A stretch of DNA of 64,000 nucleotides, taken from positions 1-64,000 of IMG/VR virus record IMGVR_UViG_3300019776_000564, one strand, 5' to 3'. Below the pieces are notes generated by a model. That model did no database searches. It was not told the origin of the DNA and was given only the letters and a program-made list of their open reading frames with translations. The stretch is from a virus. The position numbers were made by a program, and so were the translations under genes. How positions within the stretch are numbered: position 1 is the first letter of the stretch; the number at the start of each line of letters is the position of its first letter. This document shows, piece after piece, positions 42,556 through 52,298 of this stretch.

Positions 42556-42942
42556 TTACTTGCGCAGGCTTTTGGTCAGATAACCGCCAATTGCCATAGC
42601 GGAAGCTTCAAAGTTGCCGGCCCATTCCCACTCACCCAAAACCCACCGCTTGAACGTTTGTTCGTCCAGTTCAACCTGAGCTTGAACCGACATTTCGATC
42701 ATGGCGATAGCACGCTCGAAATCTTTCGAGAAGTTGCCGGGTTGTTGCAGACGAAAGTGGATATCGGACAGATCACCAGTCTTGGCGCGCTCGACAGCCT
42801 GTTCCAGAAAATCGACCGCAGCCTGCTTGAATCCGGCATCAGCGATCTTGAACTCGGCCTGATGCTTTTCCAGACCAGCGCGAAGCTTCTCCAGAAGATC
42901 AGCCTTGTTAACAGTAATCTTGCGGTCGTTACCTACAAACAT
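42556..42942 (-). CDS. Hypothetical protein
   Basis: GGAG RBS; 128-aa ORF. Confidence 0.75.
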   Translation of the reverse strand: MFVGNDRKITVNKADLLEKLRAGLEKHQAEFKIADAGFKQAAVDFLEQAVERAKTGDLSDIHFRLQQPGNFSKDFERAIAMIEMSVQAQVELDEQTFKRWVLGEWEWAGNFEASAMAIGGYLTKSLRK

Positions 42943-43207
42943 GGTCTAACTCCGATGGTTTGTGAAAACTTAGGTCTGAACCATCGTATTGATCAGCGTT
43001 TCGTCACTGACATACGGGATTCCACTGTGGCCACAGTCCGCGTCTTTACCTTTAGACGACAATGCAAATGGCTCAGACCTAAATTTTCAAGAAAGCAGGC
43101 TCGCGCCGGCGGCCTGCTTTCTAAGTCATCAATTCTATATTCATCGCCTCGCTTAGAGGTCGGCTCGGAGGTTTAACGGGCCTCTGCTCGACCTCTAACG
43201 AGGCAGT

Positions 43208-43405
43208 TCACTCCTTTGGAGTGGTTTCGGCGCTAGGTTTGGTTTTGATCAAAGGCAGGATCAAAACCAGAAGAAGAACTGCAAGGAACCCGTCTGCGCA
43301 CACGCTGATGATCCGGGATACGCTATCGATCACCACAATGCCAGCAAGAAGGATCATGATGAGAATCGCCCGAAGGCGACTCCCGATCTCTGTGACCCAG
43401 GCCAT
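43208..43405 (-). CDS. Small membrane protein
   Basis: Two hydrophobic segments; coupled to TerB-like gene. Confidence 0.7.
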   Translation of the reverse strand: MAWVTEIGSRLRAILIMILLAGIVVIDSVSRIISVCADGFLAVLLLVLILPLIKTKPSAETTPKE

Positions 43406-43851
43406 CAGTCTTCAAAGTCCTTCAGGTTCAGGCCCATCCACTTGGCAGCCTGTTCCAGAGCTTTGCGCTCGCCTTCGTCGATGCCGCCTTCGTCGGCGAT
43501 GGTCAGCATGATGTTCATGACGGTCTTGGCTTCTTCCGGGCTGTGCTTGAGATCGCTCAACTCTTTCTCGGCGTTCTGACGCAGAATGCGACGACCACCA
43601 TCGCGGAAGTCAGCTTCAGCGCGGTCGATGGTGTCGGACAGTTCAGCACCGAAGCCTTTCAGCATAGGGTTGTTAGCGATCAGCTTTTCGGTCTTTTTCA
43701 GTTCTGTCTCGCTCAGATCGCCATCAGCAGCAGCGACGAAGACTGCACCGTAGACGACGCCCTGCATCAGATCGCGGTTCATGTTTTTAGCCATCGCTGC
43801 CTGAGCTTCTGCGGTGGTCTTTTTGAATTTCTTGCCGAACATGCCGAACAT
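43405..43851 (-). CDS. TerB-family protein
   Basis: VAAADGDLSETE, IADEGGIDEGE..L; AGGAG RBS. Confidence 0.8.
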   Translation of the reverse strand: MFGMFGKKFKKTTAEAQAAMAKNMNRDLMQGVVYGAVFVAAADGDLSETELKKTEKLIANNPMLKGFGAELSDTIDRAEADFRDGGRRILRQNAEKELSDLKHSPEEAKTVMNIMLTIADEGGIDEGERKALEQAAKWMGLNLKDFED

Positions 43852-43865
43852 TGTGAATCTCCTAA

Positions 43866-44390
43866 TTAACGAGTCCATGACTCGATCTTTACCCTGTCTT
43901 GCGGAATTGCAAGGTTCAGAGTAAGCACACCAGCCTTTTTAGCGGTTCTGATGTACCTTTCAACGTGATCGCCGGGTTCAGACCAGCAAATCAGCATCTT
44001 TGCAACGCTCACTCGGTCAAGACCGTAAATCAGTGAGTTTGAAACTATCTCCCACTGTCTCTCTGACAAAGGAAGCATCAGAAAGCCCGGGTTTATTGAG
44101 CGAGCAAAGGTGGCATCACCACTCGACGGAGAAGTATCCGAAGGTATGGCCCAGGGAGAGTACGACTTTACAATCGCATCATCCCGGTCAAGCGATTCGT
44201 CTATGAATCCACACGGCACAAACGAATGAAACATGCCCATAGAACCACTGATGAACGCTTTGTCTGCGTTATTCTGCTCGCTGCATCGAAGCATGATGCC
44301 TTTACCTCGCATCACTTTAGCCATTCGAGTCATAAGGCTGAGAACGTCAGAAGGAGTGTTGCTTGAACCACCTGCTGCATAAGCTCTCAT
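43866..44390 (-). CDS. Divergent SLOG/DprA-like protein
   Basis: YAAGGS..TP..LR....ADKAF, LICWS; sigma70-like TTGCTA-N17-TAAAGT upstream. Confidence 0.5.
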   Translation of the reverse strand: MRAYAAGGSSNTPSDVLSLMTRMAKVMRGKGIMLRCSEQNNADKAFISGSMGMFHSFVPCGFIDESLDRDDAIVKSYSPWAIPSDTSPSSGDATFARSINPGFLMLPLSERQWEIVSNSLIYGLDRVSVAKMLICWSEPGDHVERYIRTAKKAGVLTLNLAIPQDRVKIESWTR

Positions 44391-44552
44391 CTTTATTTCT
44401 CTTGTCGCTGCGTTTCGATGAGTGAACTTTATAGACGCTGTGTAAGGTTAGCAAGCGCTTTGTGTAAGTTTTTTATTGAAGCCCACTTAAGATGATTGGA
44501 TAAAAATCTCTTGCAAACCTTTCAGACGCTCGGATAGTATCCACTTCGTTGA

Positions 44553-44629
44553 TGCGGGTTAGCTCAGACGGTCAGAGCGGCGGACTCATAATCCACAGGT
44601 CACTGGTTCAAATCCAGTACCCGCATCCA
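44553..44629 (+). tRNA. tRNA-Met/Ile2 (CAT)
   Basis: Cloverleaf, TTCAAAT T-loop, encoded CCA. Confidence 0.88.
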
Positions 44630-44635
44630 GTTTCT

Positions 44636-44711
44636 TGGGGTATAGCTCAGTTGGTAGAGCAAACGGCTGTTAACCGTTAGGTCACTGGTTCGAGTCCAGT
44701 TTCCCCAGCCA
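44636..44711 (+). tRNA. tRNA-Asn (GTT)
   Basis: Canonical cloverleaf, encoded CCA. Confidence 0.93.
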
Positions 44712-44815
44712 AAAGCGAGAATCTCGGTGTAATCCTCAGAAAGGTCTGTTGATTCACAGCGAGAGTCGAGAAATCAACCGGCGTGGTGCCGCCGTTCTCG
44801 CAGCACCAAGATTTC

Positions 44816-44900
44816 GTCGTTTGATTCCACTCTGGGAAGTGGTAGGGGCTGTAACCCCCGAGTCGTTGACTGCGTGGTTCGATTCCATCAAACGGCACCA
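44816..44900 (+). tRNA. Atypical tRNA with GTA anticodon (9/3-type fold)
   Basis: GTCGTTTGA/TCAAACGGC acceptor, TGG-TTCGATT-CCA T arm, long variable arm, CCA. Confidence 0.75.
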
Positions 44901-44905
44901 AATAT

Positions 44906-44982
44906 TGGTGATTAGCTCAGTCGGATAGAGCATCCGCCTTCTAAGCGGATGGTCACAGGTTCAAGTCCTGTATCACCAACCA
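44906..44982 (+). tRNA. tRNA-Arg (TCT)
   Basis: Canonical cloverleaf; terminator at 44986-45012. Confidence 0.93.
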
Positions 44983-45031
44983 GACAAAAGCCCCTTAAGT
45001 AAGGGGCTTTTTGTTGTCTGAAAATCACTGC

Positions 45032-46726
45032 TTATATAGAGAGCTTTTTCAGACCAAAGGATTCAAAGTCGAACGACTTTACGATGTTCTCCCCAAATCC
45101 CGGCGTCTCCTGAATGATTCTCAGGCACTCTCTGCTGTGACTGTTAGTGTGGTTGTTCCAGTTGTCGTTGAACATGACGACAAAGCACACGTTCGGGCCT
45201 GATTTTTTAGAGCGAAGACCTCGACCGATTCTCTGGCGAACAGCCACTTCCGCTTTGCCGCCTCCAGCGAGAATAACCATCCCAACGGATGGAACGTCAA
45301 CGCCGACATCAAGAATGGTTGTACCGATCAGAACATCAAGCTTGCCGGCTCCGAGCATATCCAGAGCTTTCTGACGTTCCTCCTGCGAGTCCTCACCTCT
45401 AATGAACTCAGCACGAAGACCTGCCGCTTTGAGAAGATTCTTGAGGATGTCGCCGTGATCAGTGCGCTGGACAAGAATCATGGTGGTCAAACCATATTTC
45501 TTGGCCTCAATTGCGTGCTTCAGGATCTGGGTATTCCGACCCGGGTTCTTAACGATCCCGCGCTCGTAAGCTACAGGGAAAGCAGAGCCTCTGTTTACGC
45601 CCGCGCATGGAGTGCTATCAACGAACTTGAAGTATGGCGTGGCGAGAATGCCCTTATCGATAAGCTCCTTCTCCGAGACTCGAATGCCGATCGTACCTGC
45701 GACGGCTGCCAATCTCATGTTCGCTTCCTGCGAATCCTTCATGTTTGGGGTCGCAGTAAGTGCCAGGCGATAGTTGGCGTTCGTCATGGCATTACAGAGG
45801 TCGAAGAACCCGGTGCCGGATACTTCATGAGCCTCTTCGAGGGTCAGAAAGCCTATGCACTCAAGGAACTTAACCGTTTCGGCTCTTACCTTGGCTTTCT
45901 TGTCTGCCGTCGCTTGAGCCTTCGTTCTTACCTCGCGCTCATCAATGGCATACTTCTCGTTTACCTTTTTCTTGAGATATTCGATCTTGTCCAGAACGGA
46001 TTTATCGGCTTTTCTCAGAAGGGCCGGGTTGACTGGAAGGTTTGCCTTTTTCAGAACCTCTTCGATCTTCTTATCCAGCATAGAAACATGCTTGTCCAAG
46101 AGTCGGTTTAGCTCGATCTCAAACGAGGACTCTTCCATTCTTGATACGAGGGTATCAACGATGGCGAAGTTCACGCCATTTGGTTGAGGGTTCCAGTGAC
46201 CATCACCTAGAAAACCGATCGGTCTAGATGATTTGACCGATTTGTACCCTTTAGCCATCTGGTACATAAGCGATTTTCGAGTGGTGATGAACAGTGTGGG
46301 TAGATTCAAGCGCTCACAGCACAATTTAAAGATCTCAGACTTACCCCCACCCGTTGCCACTTGCGCTGTCATGCGCTGTAGCTGCACCAGACGCTGCATC
46401 GTCTTCGTTTGATAGTCGTATCGCGGGTCAGCAGGGAAGTCGCTCACAACGGGCTGTAGAGGGCCGGCAGGGTCTGGAACGACTTTGCCTTTTACGATCA
46501 CTCTGTAGCCATGTTTCTCCAGAGTATTTCTTACCAGTCTAACGAAGCCGGTAGGGAAGAAGTCTTTGCTCATATCGAACATTGAGCCATGAGCTACGCC
46601 CATGCCTTTGATACCACTCTCAATCTTGTAGGAGAGCAGTTCGTTCACGATAAGCCTTGCATTGCGATCTGGCTCGATCAGTCTCGCCCGCACAGCGTTG
46701 TGGACGATTTTCAAAGTTTTGGACAT
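45032..46726 (-). CDS. Superfamily 2 helicase
   Basis: VATGGGKS, LEEAH, LTATP, DVGVDVP, QRIGRGLR. Confidence 0.9.
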   Translation of the reverse strand: MSKTLKIVHNAVRARLIEPDRNARLIVNELLSYKIESGIKGMGVAHGSMFDMSKDFFPTGFVRLVRNTLEKHGYRVIVKGKVVPDPAGPLQPVVSDFPADPRYDYQTKTMQRLVQLQRMTAQVATGGGKSEIFKLCCERLNLPTLFITTRKSLMYQMAKGYKSVKSSRPIGFLGDGHWNPQPNGVNFAIVDTLVSRMEESSFEIELNRLLDKHVSMLDKKIEEVLKKANLPVNPALLRKADKSVLDKIEYLKKKVNEKYAIDEREVRTKAQATADKKAKVRAETVKFLECIGFLTLEEAHEVSGTGFFDLCNAMTNANYRLALTATPNMKDSQEANMRLAAVAGTIGIRVSEKELIDKGILATPYFKFVDSTPCAGVNRGSAFPVAYERGIVKNPGRNTQILKHAIEAKKYGLTTMILVQRTDHGDILKNLLKAAGLRAEFIRGEDSQEERQKALDMLGAGKLDVLIGTTILDVGVDVPSVGMVILAGGGKAEVAVRQRIGRGLRSKKSGPNVCFVVMFNDNWNNHTNSHSRECLRIIQETPGFGENIVKSFDFESFGLKKLSI

Positions 46727-46806
46727 AGATCACTTCCACTATTAGGTGTCAACCGCTATTGTACAACCACTGTAAGGTTATCAACCAACACTAACAAGGC
46801 AAACCA

Positions 46807-47592
46807 ATGATTGACGACGATTTCTCCGATCTTGACGACCTGGAAATGAACCTCAACGACCTCGCCGCTGTAAATGAGGCAATCGAAAAGGCCAAGATCG
46901 TACCTACAACAGAGATGGACGTTGAGTATGCAAACCCTCACGACCTTCTACCGAACCCCTGGAATCCAAACTCTGTAGACCCGGTAAACCAAGCAAAGCT
47001 TGAGAACTCCATCAAGCGTGATGGCATCAAGCGCCCTATCGTTGTTCGTCAGCTTGATAACGGCGATTTCCAGATCATCGGCGGTCAGCACCGAACAGAA
47101 GCAGCTATTGAGCTTGGCATGAAGAAAGTGCCAATCATCAACAGAGGCAAGATCAGCGATGCAGAGGCGAAGAAAGAAACGCTTCTGGACAACTATCGAT
47201 ACGGCTCAGACAACCTTGATCGACTGTCCGCCCTTCTGAGTGACCCTGAGATTGGCGACGCCGCTACCCTGCTCGACACTATGCCTATCGATGAAGAGGA
47301 ACTGGCCGAATACTTCAGCCACGTAACCTCTGAAAACATAGATATGGAGATCGAAGACGCTTTGGATGACGGCACAAAATCGGACGATGAAGACGACGAT
47401 GTTGTAGATTTGAGTACCGGCAAGCCTCTGAGAACTCACCAGATTATTCGGTTCCGCGTTTCAATCGAAGATCAGACAAAACTGGCTGAACTGCTGAAGA
47501 AGGTAAAGATTGACGAGGGCTATGTGACCTCAGACGACCTTACCAATGATGGTGACGCTTTGATTCACATGCTGAGAGATCAGTTTGAATGA
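46807..47592 (+). CDS. ParB/Srx-domain protein
   Basis: PNPWNPN, PIVVR, IIGGQHR. Confidence 0.85.
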   Translation: MIDDDFSDLDDLEMNLNDLAAVNEAIEKAKIVPTTEMDVEYANPHDLLPNPWNPNSVDPVNQAKLENSIKRDGIKRPIVVRQLDNGDFQIIGGQHRTEAAIELGMKKVPIINRGKISDAEAKKETLLDNYRYGSDNLDRLSALLSDPEIGDAATLLDTMPIDEEELAEYFSHVTSENIDMEIEDALDDGTKSDDEDDDVVDLSTGKPLRTHQIIRFRVSIEDQTKLAELLKKVKIDEGYVTSDDLTNDGDALIHMLRDQFE

Positions 47593-47748
47593 CCAATCAA
47601 AGCGAAAAGAACTCGGTAGAAGAAAGAATACGCCGGCGAGAAATTATCGAAAAGGCGGCTCAGAAAGCCAGAGAAAAAGAAGAACGAAGACCGATGAACC
47701 CGGACTACGACTTCTCCTGGGAAAACACCAATTTCGAGAGAAACGACT

Positions 47749-48441
47749 ATGACTGAAGCCTACCAAAAGAAAGACGAGATCTGGTCTATTGACCGCCTTG
47801 TCCCTTATGCAATGAACAGCAAGAAGCACGACCCTAAACAGGTCGCTAAAATTGCTGCGTCCATCAGCAAGCACGGGTGGACTACAAGGATCATCGTTGA
47901 GCCGGATGGGACGATCATTGCGGGCCATGGTCGACGACTAGCGGCAATCGATCTGATGCAGGAGAAGGTTCCAGTTACAGTCCTTCACGGTATCAGCAAG
48001 GAGCAAGCAAAAGCTCTGCGGATCATCGACAACAAGACGAACGAAGGTGGTCACGACACTGCGATCCTCAGTCAGGAGCTTAAAGAGCTTATTCTGGAAG
48101 ATGGCATTGATATGAGTGACTTCTTCGATGTCCGGGATCTGAGCTTCGCCATTGAAGATCTTGGCGAACTGGATATGGAAAGTCTCAGTCCTGATATCAC
48201 ACCAGAAGTTGCTGAGCAAACCACCAGAACCGAGCAGCAAATCGAAGAGACTGATGAGAACGAGGTTAGCCTTACAAAGGCAATCGGCATCAGCAGAATC
48301 AGTGGTTCGCAGGCGAGAGAAATGAAGCGCTATGTCGGCTTTGCTCAGGACTACTACAACTGCGACCCAGCAGAAGCGATGCTGAGAGCGTTGGAAGACT
48401 GGTATAGCGGCAATAAGCTGGATGAGGATGACTGCAAATGA
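47749..48441 (+). CDS. ParB/Srx-domain protein
   Basis: LVPYAMNSKKH, IIAGHGRRLAA, LRIIDNK. Confidence 0.88.
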   Translation: MTEAYQKKDEIWSIDRLVPYAMNSKKHDPKQVAKIAASISKHGWTTRIIVEPDGTIIAGHGRRLAAIDLMQEKVPVTVLHGISKEQAKALRIIDNKTNEGGHDTAILSQELKELILEDGIDMSDFFDVRDLSFAIEDLGELDMESLSPDITPEVAEQTTRTEQQIEETDENEVSLTKAIGISRISGSQAREMKRYVGFAQDYYNCDPAEAMLRALEDWYSGNKLDEDDCK

Positions 48442-49073
48442 CCACATATACAGTAAACAAGTCCTTTTCCAGCAACGTTGTTCGTAGCCGGCGTGTCCTT
48501 GAGGTTGCAGAAGGCTTTGGTCTTGGCCTTGAGGACAAGGACTTTACCGTATACAAGGACTTCAAGATCGATGTCAGTCAGGGTGATGTTGTGTATATCA
48601 CAGGGCAGTCTGGTTCGGGTAAGTCTCTCCTGCTTAAGGAGCTTGCAAAGCAGATCTCCGAAGAGCAGTCGGTAGCAGATATCGACCTCGTTAAGTACCA
48701 AGAGATCCCTTTGATTGACCAAATCGGTTCGAGCACCGATGAAGCCATTCAAATCCTCAGCCTAGCCGGCCTGAACGACGCATACCTGCTTGTTCGTAAG
48801 CCAAGCGAGTTGTCTGACGGGCAGCGCTATCGCTTCCGTATCGCGCTCCTGATGCAGTCAGGTTGCAAGGTCTGGATTGCAGATGAATTTGGCGCTGTTC
48901 TCGACCGTGTAACCGCTAAGGTTGTGGCTTTTAACCTTCGCAAGCAGGCTGCAAAGGTTGGGGCTACAGTGATCGTTGCTACCACACACAAAGACCTCAG
49001 AGACGAGCTTGCGCCCACTATCTATGTGGACAAACGTTTCAAGGACAAAATCAACGTTGAGGTGGCGGAATGA
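48438..49073 (+). CDS. Stand-alone ABC-type ATPase
   Basis: GQSGSGKS, LSDGQ, IADEF, ATTH. Confidence 0.9.
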   Translation: MTTYTVNKSFSSNVVRSRRVLEVAEGFGLGLEDKDFTVYKDFKIDVSQGDVVYITGQSGSGKSLLLKELAKQISEEQSVADIDLVKYQEIPLIDQIGSSTDEAIQILSLAGLNDAYLLVRKPSELSDGQRYRFRIALLMQSGCKVWIADEFGAVLDRVTAKVVAFNLRKQAAKVGATVIVATTHKDLRDELAPTIYVDKRFKDKINVEVAE

Positions 49074-50116
49074 AATTTCGCAAAAAGCCTGTTGTGATTG
49101 AAGCAACTCAGTGGTTCAAGAACGGCGATCACCCGCTTGATCATGACCCTATCGGAATCGCCAACCCGTCAAGCGTGGACTTGGCTAAGTACGACGAATA
49201 CAAGCAGTTTGAAGGCAAGGTTGTTCGCTATTTCAGAGATCCATATACCGCTGGCAGCAGCATTTGTAAGCACTGCGGTGAAACCATGCACAATCATGGT
49301 TGGATCGATACTTTGGAAGGCGGTCACATCGTCTGCCCGGGTGACTGGATCATCACCGGAGTAGCGAACGAAAAATACCCGTGCAAACCTGACATTTTTG
49401 AAGCCACATACGAGAAGGTATGATCATGAAGCACGAAAAATTCGCAATCTGGCTGTCCGGGTTTACCGATCTGAACATGGGCAATGTGCCAACAAAAGAA
49501 CAGTGGGATCTGATCACTGAAAGGCTGGCGGAATGCTTTGACGAAGTTCAGGAGCTTTCCGTAAAGCAGCAGTACCGTTCTCCAACCTATGGGTTATTTG
49601 CAGGTCAACCTTCTGACGCTCTCTTGAGAGCTACCTCAGTGGCTGATGCGATTTCACTGGCTGCATCAACTGCCTCTGCTGTCACAAATACTGCCAAACG
49701 ATAGGCAAAACTTACACAAAGCCTAATCAAAAAGGTACTCTTTACAGAGTACCTTTTCCGTATCTGGAGCAGAGCAAATGTCAGAACTAATCAAAGTGGA
49801 TTTCAAGGAACGCAAGGTTGTCAATCGAGTAGACCTTGAAGCTCCGGTGCCGGAGTGGTCTGCTAAGAAAGATCCATACTTCAAGGGTTTCATTGAAGGC
49901 ATCATCCTTAGCGCAGAAGAAATGCACAAAAGCGGTGGTGATTGGCGTCGAATGGTCATCGTGCTTCAGGATGAAACGTCTTTAGAGGGCGATGTGTGCA
50001 TTACTCTTTGGGACAAGAACGTTGTTACGGATGAGCAGGCTTCGGATATTCTGATGATTGCCTGTAACAAGATCGACATCAGAGCGGAGGAGAAAGCCTC
50101 ATATGAAGAATCCTGA
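49070..50116 (+). CDS. Three ORFs (49070-49423 PGDYG-like, 49420-49704, 49778-50116)
   Basis: TLEG..PGDWIITG..YPCKPDIF in the first. Confidence 0.7.
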
Positions 50117-50984
50117 ATTTGAAACGGTAATCGAGCTTAACCCGTCCGCTAAACCAAGATTTTCCTTGCTTGATGGGATGCGAGTAGAGAGAGGAACAAA
50201 AGATGATTGGGCGATGCTTCATGACCTTCATTACAAGGCTGAGAACCTACCTGCCGGCCCTCGTTTTTGGCGCTGCGTCACTGCTGATGGCGACCTCGTT
50301 GGTATCGTTGTGCTTAGCACCGTCAGCCTACTACTCGCCCCGCGTCATCAGGTATTCCCGAAGCTCAAACCTGGCAAAGACAGCCATTTTACTAACGTCC
50401 ACCGGGCCACGTTTCTAAACGCGAACTTTAAGCGAGCAGCAAGGATCGTTACGGACACGATGTACCGCGGTATTGGTGTTGCATACAGAATGGTAAACCT
50501 TGCCATGAGGATGGAAGGGATGAGGTTCATCGAGATTCAATCCTCGATGTCCAAGTTCAACCCATTCGATGTAAAGGCCGGGTTCAAGCACGCTCACCTG
50601 AAACCAGCGGCAGCTTATGAGCAGGGTCTGAAATTCATGCGATCCCAGTTCAAAGCTCACCCTGCGGATCATCAAGCGATCATGACCGAGCTTAATAGCT
50701 TCAGTCCTGCTCACCAGAAGCGTGTGATGACAGCCATGCAAGAGTTCTATTACCGCCACAGCGCGCGTGAGAAGACAGGGAGCAACCTCAATGCGGGTAC
50801 GAGTAAAGTACAAGCGATGGCCGCCCCACACCTTCTCAGGGAGCTTCAGCAGCTTGTGTTCGCGAGTCCAGTTTATGGGATCTGGGAGAACCCGGATCTA
50901 GGTAAAGAAATTCCACAATCGCTTCCACTCCGGGCTTTTGATTTGCAAGGCCCGAATCAACCACTGAGGTTAGATCTGCTATGA
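50103..50984 (+). CDS. GNAT-fold acyltransferase (type usually paired with the ABC ATPase)
   Basis: LHY, ARIV....YRGIG motif A, SSMSKFNPF..KAGF. Confidence 0.75.
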   Translation: MKNPEFETVIELNPSAKPRFSLLDGMRVERGTKDDWAMLHDLHYKAENLPAGPRFWRCVTADGDLVGIVVLSTVSLLLAPRHQVFPKLKPGKDSHFTNVHRATFLNANFKRAARIVTDTMYRGIGVAYRMVNLAMRMEGMRFIEIQSSMSKFNPFDVKAGFKHAHLKPAAAYEQGLKFMRSQFKAHPADHQAIMTELNSFSPAHQKRVMTAMQEFYYRHSAREKTGSNLNAGTSKVQAMAAPHLLRELQQLVFASPVYGIWENPDLGKEIPQSLPLRAFDLQGPNQPLRLDLL

Positions 50985-51322
50985 AACCGTTGACCACAAA
51001 ACAGCGTCACCTGATTAAAGTGATCGTCATGGGGAACCTTGATGTATCGGGGAACCGGATCTCGAATGTGGATATCTATCAGATCCAATCGAGGGTTCCG
51101 TATCAGACAACCCGGGAGTCACTGATGTGCAGCCTACCTATCCTTGAGAAGCAGGGATGGATAGTGAAGGCAGGTAAAGATAACCGGGACGGTAGAATGA
51201 AGCAGACCTGGGAACCAACAGCTTTAGCTATCCGGGTTGTTAATCCATCTCCAGTTTCTAAGGAACCGGAGTATGTAGAGATCGATGGGGATGATGATGT
51301 GGTTTTGTTGGAACTGACTTGA
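50981..51322 (+). CDS. Probable winged-helix protein
   Basis: LTTKQ.., L..LEKQGWIVK..R.GR pattern. Confidence 0.5.
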   Translation: MKPLTTKQRHLIKVIVMGNLDVSGNRISNVDIYQIQSRVPYQTTRESLMCSLPILEKQGWIVKAGKDNRDGRMKQTWEPTALAIRVVNPSPVSKEPEYVEIDGDDDVVLLELT

Positions 51323-51575
51323 TCCGGGTGCCTGCTTTCCCTTTATTAAGCTTGTTCTTTTAAGCTTGTATCTTACAAGTTGTTAAAAGGGACAAGCAGT
51401 ATAATCTTACAGAGCAAGGGCTAAAGCAATAGGTACTTGAAATAAAGTCTGAATCCCGACGAAATACCTGCAAATGGCTCTCATTTGACAATTCCGGGAT
51501 CGGCTGATCCAATGATGGCCATTACTTAAGTGATCCATTAGGCAGAGAGCCATACCCTCTGCCTACCTTTTTGCG

Positions 51576-52298
51576 ATGGATACCATGACAGAAAACACAG
51601 AAAAACCTGCATCCGGCGTTGATGATGACGAAAAGTCCAAACGCCTGACGCCTCGCGAATACGCCAGAGCCAAGCAAATGTGGCAGTCCGGCGATTACAG
51701 CCTCAAGGAAATCTCCGACACCGTTGGCGTAAGTGCCACTGCTCTCAGTCGCCGGTTTAAGCGAGACAGCGTTTCCAAAGGCTCTGATGCCAAAAAGGTT
51801 TCGGCCGCAGTCAAGCGCGCCATCGAAAAGACCAGTGCGGCTCAGGCTGAAGAACTGGCTTCTACGGCGCACGACATCAAAATGTTGGCTCTGAAATCAA
51901 TCGAGCTATTCAACAAGAAGAACTATGCGGACGTAGTTGCCTGTATTAAGGCGAATCGACCATTGGCCGAAATTCAGGGCGACTTGAAAGCTTTGAAAAT
52001 CGCCTCTGAAATCGTCAGCATGAACTACGGCACCGGTGCCAGGATTCTGGGTCTCGACCAAGACCTCAATTCTGACGACCAACTGCCGGAACTCGTCATT
52101 AACCTGATGACCGAGAATGATGTCGCCGAGCTTCGTGAGCAGCAGCGCCGTGAAGAGTTGGAGGCAAACGGTGAAATTGATGACGATGACCTGCTCGGTA
52201 CAGAGCTAAGCTCGGACGATCTTGATGCACTTGATGCGGCGCTTGACGAGGACGATGACGACATTGTTGTCGAAGGCGACGACCCGGCGGTGACCTAA
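51576..52298 (+). CDS. Terminase small subunit
   Basis: N-terminal HTH; immediately upstream of large subunit. Confidence 0.7.
   Translation: MDTMTENTEKPASGVDDDEKSKRLTPREYARAKQMWQSGDYSLKEISDTVGVSATALSRRFKRDSVSKGSDAKKVSAAVKRAIEKTSAAQAEELASTAHDIKMLALKSIELFNKKNYADVVACIKANRPLAEIQGDLKALKIASEIVSMNYGTGARILGLDQDLNSDDQLPELVINLMTENDVAELREQQRREELEANGEIDDDDLLGTELSSDDLDALDAALDEDDDDIVVEGDDPAVT

Noticed and set aside
46807-48441. Plasmid partition system (phage-plasmid lifestyle)
   Set aside because: No ParA, Rep or integrase in the window; the ParB domains sit with the ABC/GNAT/terminase genes. Cannot be excluded outside the window.
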